The position numbers were made by a program, and so were the translations under genes. DNA of 64,000 nucleotides from Octopus vulgaris. Taxonomy: Eukaryota. Position 1 is the stretch's first letter, and each line of letters begins with the position of its first letter. Location of the stretch: NCBI GenBank assembly GCA_951406725.2, contig OX597819.1:116064001-116128000 (forward strand), read 5' to 3'. This document shows, piece by piece, positions 53,295 to 64,000 of the stretch. The notes below the pieces were generated by a model. It saw only the letters and a list, made by a program, of their open reading frames with translations, was not told the DNA's origin and did no database searches.

Positions 53295-55449
53295 CGTTCG
53301 TTGAAGAATCTGAGCCCAAATCTTGAGGTACTGTGTATATCCTTTTGCGATAAATTAAGTACCAGTTACGCAATTCTGATGTCATCACTTTCTGTTTGTT
53401 TGTTTGTACGGCTCTCTATTAAGAAAAGTATTTCTTTAAGAGTTATTCGCGGCAAGGCTATATGAGTTCAGTTTGTCATCGAACATTGCCTATCCTTTAG
53501 ATATGTACCAGTTATATCATGGTATGTGCTTTGTATTGTCTCGTATGTAGTGTATCGTGTATTATGTATTGTTTATGAATATTAAAAGTGTACATTGCGT
53601 GAATATATGTGTACAATGTATTCAAATTGTAGTGTACTTTGTATATGGTAATGATATACCTGATATCGAATGTATTTATATATTAGTTATCTGTATATAT
53701 AATTTTACATATTAATAATTGATTTATTATTATTTTTTAGATAATTATGTACTTCATGTTTTATTTGTTAGGAATATTATTATATATGTTATAATTATTA
53801 TTATTATTGTTGTTTTATTTTATTATTTTATCAAATGTGCAACAAAAAATTCTTGCATATCTTACCACGATAGCTATCTTACCTTTCAACTATATATTTT
53901 GATTTTCCTTTCACTAAAAAGGCTGATTGATATCGATGTAATCGAAATATTTCTCAGTTGTAAGTATCTTGTTCTACATACAAAATATTATTATATATAT
54001 ATATACGATGACTTGGGTGTATTTATTCCCGGCAAGAGGATTTATAGTGATAATTCTGAAAGGTAACAAGTGCAATAAATATCAAATGCTTGTATTTTAA
54101 GAATTATGTTATTTTATTTTTTTGTTTTCCATTTTCTTTATATCAAGACTCGATAATTGGCTTAATCTGTGTTAGCTAATCTCCGAGCTGTTAATAATCA
54201 GAAACAGGTATATTTCTAACATTAACACGATCTATATACTAGAAGTGTGATATTGAAGCTTACCATGAGTTTTTCTCAATGTGGGACATAATAGTGTAAA
54301 ACTGTGAAAATATGTGGAAATTTGAAGAAAATTGAATGAAGTTATTCACAGTTAATAAGTATCGCAAGGCTAAAGGAGATCATCATGTAAAGTATTTAGC
54401 TCTGAATACAAGAAGGTCGTGAAATGAAGGTATGAAGAAACTTTGATTTTTTATGATTCCAATGGTCATGGACAAAGGTTACTTGTCATCTTCAGTCTTA
54501 GGAAACAAAGACGAAAGAAAAGTCAAAGAATATTTATGTATTCACTATTAGAACATTTTTATTAATCTAAATTCATGTCTTTATTGACTACTTTTTTTTG
54601 TAATGTGATTCCAATCTTGTTCTGCCAGTGGTTTATGTGTTTGTTACTAAAATCTGCTAATTTGCGTGTTGATATCTACTCAGACATGTAAACATTTTTT
54701 GTATTTACAATGTACAGCTGTATTATTTGATGTATTAGAACTGTTTGAGATTGTGTCACATTGCAAGCTCTTAGAGCTAAATGTATTGTCAGCAATGTAT
54801 CTTTGTCATGATATGATAATAAGTCTGGAATATTGAAGTATTTCAACCTATAAAACTATTAAAAACTTAGTAACTAAATCTTTAAAGAACATGAAATCTG
54901 ATCCTTTTGTTAGTTTGAATTTTGCTTTTTTTTTGTGAGTAAAGATAATTTATGCAGGAAATATTCAAATATACCTTAGTTGGAATTTCGTGTAAAAAGA
55001 ATTGGAAGAAGTGTATAGTACAAAAGGTGTATAGTTTGGATGCGTTAAACATTGTAGTGCTGTTTACAGAAGGGAACAACATTGAGTGATAGCTTTTTTG
55101 GGCACAGGATGGTTGGTAAAGATAGGTATATATATTTGTTATGTTACAACACCTACAGGAAGGCTTATGCGTGCTAGCAAGGTCCATTCTGCAGCCTGGG
55201 CTGACACAGGAGTGGATTTCCGGAACTGAAATGAGCGTCATATGTATATATATATATATGTTCTTGTGTATGTGTAATATATATTTTCTATTTTAGCATT
55301 TCTTACCACTAAGATAGGTTCAAGACAACTTGAGGGTACTGGCTTACAGCACACCATAAATAGACACGGTAAGAGTGGTGCCCTACAGCAATATGAAACA
55401 TAAACATAAAGAGTATATATATATATATGTATATTACACCTACATATCA

Positions 55450-56209
55450 GATGCACTGAAACAATATACACAAGCTCTCAAAAGGCTGTCTGAAATTATT
55501 ATAAGAATATATATTATATGAATGCATGCATTAACACAACATAAGGAATATTAAAATCTATCATAAATGAATACTATACATTTGTCAGATAGAAAAATTG
55601 TACTGCCAAAGAGTATTTTATATCCAGAACACACAAACAAAGGTATTGTCTTATGATTAGACTCAATAGTCTCAGCCAACGTAAGTCAGAGTTTCTTCAA
55701 GAAAAGAGATAATATTAAAACTCATACATAAACGCAATCTTCTTTAGTAGTAAAAGATGTAATGATATTTCTCCATATATGTCACAGGCTGTTTTTACTT
55801 TTTATTTATTTATTTATCTATAGCTTTGTACATCACAAAATAGGGTTTGTAACTACATACCAGCTTGGAAGCATATATACATGGCCAGGAGCATGCATGA
55901 TATATATTATTATATAAAACAAACAGAGTTGAGGAATGCACAGATTTATCTATGTTTTAGATTTGTCTCATATTTGTGAAATGACAAACACAGAGTGTTA
56001 TCTATGGTATATGTATACCTTATTTTATCTGCCATTATTGCAAGTGCTAAAATGTACATGTTTCGTTACGTATATCATTATTTATGCTTTAATTTGTAGG
56101 CATTTCTCAGTTGAAGTGAGCAGTTGTATATATGTCTACAGACTTTGGATATATTTACTTTATAGTAATAAACATTTACAAACATAAATGTTGAGACTTC
56201 ACATGAGTA

Positions 56210-56249
<40 letters not shown>

Positions 56250-56259
56250 AATACATACA

Positions 56260-56293
<34 letters not shown>

Positions 56294-56296
56294 TAA

Positions 56297-56339
<43 letters not shown>

Positions 56340-56340
56340 A

Positions 56341-56383
<43 letters not shown>

Positions 56384-56384
56384 A

Positions 56385-56421
<37 letters not shown>

Positions 56422-56426
56422 CATAA

Positions 56427-56457
<31 letters not shown>

Positions 56458-56514
56458 CATAAAAAAATACATACATATATATATATATAAATAAATATAT
56501 ACATAAATACATAC

Positions 56515-56558
<44 letters not shown>

Positions 56559-56597
56559 GAAATATTAAAATTACTAAGTCTCTATAAAATTGCCGAT

Positions 56598-56652
<55 letters not shown>

Positions 56653-56694
56653 ATAGAAATATTAAAATTACTAAGTCTCTATAAAATTGGCGAT

Positions 56695-56733
<39 letters not shown>

Positions 56734-56763
56734 AATACATATATATATATGTATGTATGTATG

Positions 56764-56808
<45 letters not shown>

Positions 56809-56817
56809 GTATTTATG

Positions 56818-56848
<31 letters not shown>

Positions 56849-57465
56849 TTATATATATATTTTTTTTTACTTCATTTTCTTAGTATGTTTATGAAAGTGA
56901 AAATGAAAAGAATTGACGTTGTCTGTTTGAAGAATAATTCCAAAACAAACACGCACGCCGATTTCAAAAAATTTCTGTCGAATTTTATACAGTAAAATAA
57001 ATGAGATTTACCTTAAGCGATAAACGTTTGAATAGTAAACCAGCGGTACACACCGCTGCGTACCATTATGGTAAGGCATTATTTACATCAAATTCCCGTT
57101 AGAACTTGCATAACATACAATATCATCAATGCCATGTAGGAGTTTTATCTGCCGCGACCCTATCTGTTTACACATATTTGATTATGTTGTCGACTACGTG
57201 ATACAACAGATTTTCAACTTACATTTGCTTAGTCTTCTAGCTTTTGAGTAATTCATCTAATATTTTTGAAAGCTATACTTGTTGTACACACACTACAAAA
57301 TTCCACATCTTATTTCGTAACTTCCTACTGGTTGACAGCCAGATAACACATATTTTTAACTTCCCAAATATGGTGAATCGTACTGAGTATGGGAGATGCT
57401 TACATTAATTCATTTTTTGGTTGATTCTTGTCATATTGGAGTTATTATTATCCTGATTTCATATA

Positions 57466-57540
<75 letters not shown>

Positions 57541-57664
57541 ATATACACATATACATATATATATATATATACACATATACATATATATATATATACACAT
57601 ATACATATATATATATACACATATACATATATACACATATTCACATATATATATACACATATAC

Positions 57665-57697
<33 letters not shown>

Positions 57698-58933
57698 TAT
57701 ATATATACACATATACATATATATATATATATACACATATACATATATATATATACACATATACATATATATACACACATATACATATATACACACATAT
57801 ATATATATACACATATACATGTAGGAGTTTATCTGCCGCGAATTTTACCCGTTCGATTATATCTAGATGCATATCTGTATATGTTTGTATGCGTGTATGC
57901 CTGTGTGTGTGTGTTTCGTGGGGTGTATTGTAGTCTTATGAAAAATTGAAAATCAAGAAACCACAGTGCATGAAGAGGCTCGCTCCATTGTATATTTTAT
58001 GCTTGTATTTATTTATTTAATGATTATTAAAGAATTCCAAAACTTAGTTCTATGGTTTTAATATGTTGTTGCATCTTACGTAAGTAAGGAAGTACATTGC
58101 ATTAGAAATTAGTAGCTTTTATAGGTAGCACTTATTAAAATTCAAAACAAATACACCATAACACTTGTGAACAAGACCGTTTATTAAAAATAAAAAAAAT
58201 ATACTAAATATGAAACGGATAAGTGAAAAAGGAATTTAAAGAATAGAAAAATACAAGACAAGATAATAATAACTCCAATATGACAAGAATCAACCAAAAA
58301 ATGAATTAATGTAAGCATCTCCCATACTCAGTACGATTCACATATTTGGGAAGTTAAAAATGGTACGGTTTATGTTAGTCTGGCTGTCAACCAGTAAGGA
58401 AGTTACGAAATAAGATGTGGAATTTTATTTTGAATACCTACGTGTGTGTACAACAAGTATAGCTTTCAAAAATATTAGATGAGATTACTCAAAGAGGTGC
58501 TAAGAAAGGTACTAAGCAAATGTAAGTTATCTGACTGTATCGCGTAGTCATTTAACATAATCAAAATATTCTGTAATCGAACGGGTAAAATTCGCGGCAG
58601 ATAAAACTCCTACATTTTGCAATGGCATTGATGTGGTGCTAGTAATGTTATGCAAGTTCTAACGGGGTTTTGATGTAAATAATGCCTTACCATAATGGTA
58701 CGCAGCGGTGTGTACCGCTAGTTTACTATTCAAACGTTTATCGCTTAAGGTAAATCTCATTTATTTTACTGTATAAAATTCGACAGAAATTTTTTTTTGA
58801 AATCGGCAGTGATGTTTGTTTTGGAATTATTCTTCAAAACAGACTCTTGGAACGTCAATTCTTTTCATTTTCACTTTCATAAACATACCCAAGAAAATGA
58901 AAGTAAAAGAAAAAAAAAAATATATATATATAA

Positions 58934-58970
<37 letters not shown>

Positions 58971-58975
58971 AATAC

Positions 58976-59019
<44 letters not shown>

Positions 59020-59049
59020 CATACATACATACATATATATATATACATT

Positions 59050-59088
<39 letters not shown>

Positions 59089-59130
59089 ATCGCCAATTTT
59101 ATAGAGACTTAGTAATTTTAATATTTCTAT

Positions 59131-59187
<57 letters not shown>

Positions 59188-59229
59188 ATCGGCAATTTTA
59201 TAGAGACTTAGTAATTTTAATATTTCTAT

Positions 59230-59274
<45 letters not shown>

Positions 59275-59279
59275 GTATT

Positions 59280-59324
<45 letters not shown>

Positions 59325-59329
59325 TTATG

Positions 59330-59360
<31 letters not shown>

Positions 59361-59365
59361 TTATG

Positions 59366-59402
<37 letters not shown>

Positions 59403-59403
59403 T

Positions 59404-59446
<43 letters not shown>

Positions 59447-59451
59447 TTATG

Positions 59452-59484
<33 letters not shown>

Positions 59485-59485
59485 T

Positions 59486-59534
<49 letters not shown>

Positions 59535-59539
59535 TTATG

Positions 59540-59570
<31 letters not shown>

Positions 59571-59680
59571 GCATTTATGTATATATATATATATATATAT
59601 ATAATTTTCTTTTACTTTCATTTTCTTAGGTGTGTTTATGAAAATTAAAATGAAAAGAATATATATATATATATACATAA

Positions 59681-59738
<58 letters not shown>

Positions 59739-60635
59739 CTCATGTGAAGTCTCAACATTTTTATGTTTGTAAATTTTTATTACTTTTTTTTATAAAACAA
59801 ATATATCAAAAGTCTGAGACGTATATACGAAAGCAACTCACTTCAACTGAGAAATGCCCCAAATTAAAGCATAATAATGTTACGTAACGAAAACATGAAA
59901 GCACATTTTTAGCACTTGCAATAATCAGAAAAATAAGGTAACATCTGAATAACACTCTGTGTTTGTCATTTCACAAATATGAAAGACAAAATGAATCTAA
60001 AACATAGATAGGTAGGTGTCTGGCCATGCGCGCGCACGTGTGTAAAGATTTCCTCAACTCTTTTGTTTGTTTTATATATTGTATATATGCATGCATGCTC
60101 ACAGTACTTAAATTATCATGTCTCCCTGTAAGGAACAAGCTGGTTTCAAACAAAGTTACAAACCCCCAATTTTGTGGTGTACAAATAAATAAATAAATAA
60201 ATAAAAAGTAAAAACACCTGTATTGAAATGGAGAAATATCTTACATCTTTTTTACTGTTCTGCTAAGAGATTGCGTTTGTAATATGAGTTTTAGCTGTAT
60301 TATCTCTTTTCTTGAAATCTCTAGACTTACGTGGCTGAGACTTTGGAATTTAATCATAAGACCAAGTGCATCAATTATTATTGGCATAGATATGAATTTA
60401 TAATCTGGATATAGAACATATTCTCTTTAGGGCGGTACACAATTTTTCTCATCTATTCCAAATAATAATATCCAGCCTCTTATGTTTGCACTTCTAAGAA
60501 CTTTTCATGATAATGTTCCGCCAATATTCCTTATGTTCATGTTAATGCATGCATTCAATAATAATGGGATTCTTTATAATAATTTCAGGCCAACTTATTT
60601 TTCGGAGAGCATTGTATATTGTTTCAGTGACATCG
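55450..60635. repeat. Large imperfect inverted repeat: arms ~55450-57452 and ~58262-60635, ~810-bp spacer
   Basis: Collinear mirrored blocks, e.g. cttaagcgataaacgtttgaatagtaaac / gtttactattcaaacgtttatcgcttaag and ttgattcttgtcatattggagttattattatc / gataataataactccaatatgacaagaatcaa; an internal tandem duplication (56553-56700) is also mirrored (59083-59232). Confidence 0.9.
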
Positions 60636-60689
60636 TTATGTCTCACTGTGCGTATGTATGTGTGTGCATATATACATATATATATATAT

Positions 60690-61090
60690 ACTCTTTACTC
60701 TTTTACTTGTTTCAGTCATTTGACTGCGGCCATGCTGGAGCACCGCCTTTAATCGAGCAACTCGACCCCGGGACTTATTCTTTGTAAGCCCAGTACTTGT
60801 TCTATCGGTCTCTTTTGCCGAACCGCTAAGTGACGGGGACGTAAACACACCAGCATCGGTTGTCAAGCAATGCTAGGGGGACAAACACATACACGCAAAC
60901 ACATGCACATACACACACATATATATATATATACATATATACGACAGGCTCCTTTCAGTTTCCGTCTACCAAATCCACTCACAAGGCATTGGTCAGCCCG
61001 GGGCTATAGTAGAAGACACTTGCCCAAGATACCACGCAGTGGGACTGAACCCGGAACCATGTGGTTGGTTAGCAAGCTACTTACCACATA
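60690..61090 (-). mobile_element. CORE-type tRNA-SINE
   Basis: Minus strand gtggtaagtagcttgct...ccgggttcagtcccactgcgtggtatcttgggcaagtgtctt; tail (gagtaaa)n. Confidence 0.8.
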
Positions 61091-61139
61091 TATATATATA
61101 TACCATCTCCGTCCAGCCATCGCCATGATCGACCGCTAG

Positions 61140-61320
61140 CCACTAAAGCTATTTTTATTCTCCCTCTGTTTATTTTCTCGTGTTCCTTTCTGCTCAAGAG
61201 CGTAGGCTCGAAACGTAAAAGACTTTCTCATCTCCCCGAGCGCTAAACTAATACACCTTTTTGTTGTCTATACACCTGTCTTCGTCTATTCTTTTTTTTT
61301 TGTAAATTCCAACTATATAT
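61140..61320 (+). mobile_element. pLTR-like fragment with minimal hammerhead variant (61186-61221)
   Basis: cttt-CTGCTCA-a-gagc-gtag-gctc-GAAAC-GTA-aaag: stems I and II intact, core mutated; ends at (TA)n. Confidence 0.55.
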
Positions 61321-63339
61321 ATATATTCTACATATATTTCCTGCATAACATTATCTTTACTCGCCATTAAATAATAGCTAAATCAATTTTTGTTTCAATT
61401 CCTAATGTCAATAGATACCATCCTAAGACTACTAATTTCATGTTCTTTATTTATATAATACGTTTATATACTAAGTTTTTTTAATACTTTTATAGGTTGA
61501 AATACTTCTAATATGTTCAAAGACTCTTTTTCATATCCAATGATCAGAAAAGCGGTATCGTACAGGGAGCACCCATTAGACTGATTAACTCTGATCAAGT
61601 ATCTCCGTAGTCAGGAAACTTAGGCATCAGAGTGTAAGGCATTTACGTCTCAAACGGCTTTTACGTCTATCGCCATCGAATAATACCTTATTGGCATTTA
61701 ACTCTTTTAATCTTGTAAAATAAAAAAAAAGAAAAGAATTTTGCTTGTCTGAGCTATGATATTTATACGCAAATTAGCTTGAATTATATTGAAGTAATCC
61801 AAACCACTGCCTCTTATCAATATCACTGGGAACGAAATAGGAATCCTCTACATACTTAAAAAACGGTAGTCAACTAAAGACATAATCTATAGATTAATAA
61901 AAATGTAATTACGTTTTTGAATTTACTATGGGTAAGTACGGCTAGAAGCAAAATTACTAAATTCTTTGACTTTTACAATACTTTCGTGGTATTATCTTAA
62001 AGTACTGAAGGCTGATAGCAGTAACCGACGTCAAATTACATCAGACCGTTGGAATCATAAAAATAAGTTTTATCATACCTTCAAAAATTCACGACCCCTT
62101 CAATTGTATATATATTATCCCCATCAGAAACATAAAGAAATACTTAATTACATGTAAAATGATTCTAACCACCTTAGGCAGATACTTTCCAAATTGACTG
62201 TGAATAACTCATTCAAGTTTTTCTCAAATTTCCCTAGAAGTGTCGAAGATAAGATCTTTTACACTACTGCAGCTTCTAATCTTCCGAACACGAACAAAAT
62301 GAGAAAAACAAGAATCACATGGTACTCACCCCGCCTTCAATATCACAGCATTCCGCTGTAGTCAAAGATCGTGTTCAATAGTGGGCTCTATATAGCACTG
62401 TAAGTATCCTGAGTTGTACGATGTAGGGCATCAACTTCGGAATTGGCTAGAGCACAGATTACGAGCCAATTCTAGGATTGAGTCTTGGATTATAAAGAAA
62501 GAGGATGGAAAACAAAAAAATAAAAAGAAAAACATAATCTCTTAAAGTCTTAAACATTTGATAGTTTATTGAAAACTTGTTACCTAAAGTTACAAGAGAG
62601 TAACCCGCTACCGACCTACATTCTGCCAGGAATAACAACGAACCCGAGTCAAATCGTCAATAAATATAATAATAATCCTTTGTACTGTAGGAACAAGGCC
62701 TGGAACTTGGAGGAAGGGAATAGTCGATTACATCGACAACAGTATTAAACTTGTACTTAATTTATCAATCCCGAAAGGATGAAAGGCAAAATCAAAACTT
62801 ATTAGATAGTTGAAAAGAAGAGATAGCATCGTCCCGTAGGCTACAGGCAGCAAGCCGCTACGCATGCAAGACACCAGGAATTACAACAAAACCTTTGATA
62901 AAAATAATAACAATAACAACAACAATAATAATAATAATTAACTCCGGGCTAAATAACAGGAATGTGCTCTGGGTTAAATAACAACATGAACGTACACTAA
63001 GAAGTTATCTCCAAAAAACGAACTCAATCCAATAAAATCGGTGCGATGGAATGAAAACCTCGCAATATAACCGTGGGAAAAGTTTTGTTAAAACAGAAAC
63101 TAAAAACCAGGAAGGTTTTTTCATATATATAGGGTTGTTTCTTTCTTAAATGCACGATATCTCAGCGCAACATATGCGAGAAGTTGAATCCAGCACCATA
63201 TACAAAGTAAGTACGTAATTTGAATAGTTACCTATACGTGCAACTATTCACGCATCCATGTACACTTGTTAATATTCATAAGCAAGAGAAATAATGCCTA
63301 CACGACACACTACATACACGGAAAACAAAAGAAAAAAGC

Positions 63340-63684
63340 ATCGACCCCAATGATCAACTGGTAAGTACCTTATCGACCCCGAAAGGATGAAAGGCAATGT
63401 CGACCTCGGCAACATTTGAACTCATAACGTAGCGACAAACCAAAAATACCTATTTCTTTAATACCCACAAGGGGCTAAACACAGAGGAAACAAACAAGGA
63501 CAGACAGACTGATTAAGTCGATGACATCGACCCCAGTGCGTAACTGGTACTTAATTTATCGACCCCAAAAGGATGAAAGGTAAAGTCGACCTCGGTGGAA
63601 TTTGAACTCAGAAGGGTAACGGCAGACGAAATACCGCTAAGCATTTCGCCCGGCGTGCTAACGTTTCTGCCAGCTCACCGCCTT
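63340..63684 (-). mobile_element. Two nested Meta-like tRNA-SINEs
   Basis: Partial core 63340-63450, then full copy 63451-63684 (tail tatttctttaatacccacaagggg to head ccagctcaccgcc). Confidence 0.88.
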
Positions 63685-63687
63685 TCT

Positions 63688-63725
<38 letters not shown>

Positions 63726-63845
63726 ATACTAATACTACGACTACTACTACTACTACTAATAATAACAATGATAATAGTGATGATAATAGTAATAATTGAT
63801 AATAATTGAGCAGGAAAAAAGTGTATTCTACGCTTTACGGAAGAT

Positions 63846-63918
63846 ACAAACGTTTCAGCAAAAATGCAATAAATACATAAAGTTTAAAGAAACAATGCGC
63901 ACTTCATCTCATCAGTGT
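63846..63918 (-). ncRNA. Type I hammerhead-like motif with long imperfect stem II
   Basis: Minus strand aca-CTGATGA-gatgaagtgc...gcatttttgct-GAAAC-GTT-tgt; stem I aca/tgt; GUU triplet. Confidence 0.5.
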
Positions 63919-64000
63919 TCCGGAAGAAATACAATAACAGATGTTAGAGCTCCAAATATACACATGCTTCGCGCTATGCAAATTACTAACAATTACGCAT

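Noticed and set aside
56078-59648. Many YIYI/MYVC ORFs (also 3867-4283, 5488-6024, 10912-12271)
   Set aside because: (TA)n/(TATG)n microsatellites lack stop codons
62322-62500. Strong minus-strand donor (gtgagtac) suggesting an exon
   Set aside because: All frames from plausible acceptors contain stops, except a 26-nt micro-exon that cannot be supported

Overview
AT-rich, microsatellite-dense eukaryotic (animal) DNA. Its tRNA-SINE and Penelope repertoire points to a cephalopod (Octopus-like) genome; this is inferred from the repeat types only. The window is almost entirely mobile-element debris: at least six Penelope-like retroelement (PLE; RT and/or GIY-YIG) copies, one with an intact 513-aa ORF; a CR1-group LINE; a rearranged RTE LINE; a Tx1-like LINE 3' end; a Tc1/mariner element; a probable Sola3 relic; two Helitron-type elements; a MITE; and several tRNA-SINE families, often nested in each other. 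The most notable non-coding signals are hammerhead ribozyme (HHR) motifs. One textbook type I HHR is present on both strands of a ~390-bp near-perfect palindrome (9.67-10.06 kb), and about nine variant or decayed HHR-like motifs occur elsewhere. Other notable structures are a three-piece twin-primed RTE insertion, a ~5.2-kb imperfect inverted repeat (55.4-60.6 kb, possibly an assembly artefact) and weak exon-like remnants of a minus-strand secreted/membrane host gene (42-45.7 kb). No complete host gene, rRNA, tRNA gene or CRISPR array is supported. Most ORF-track entries are translations of microsatellites.
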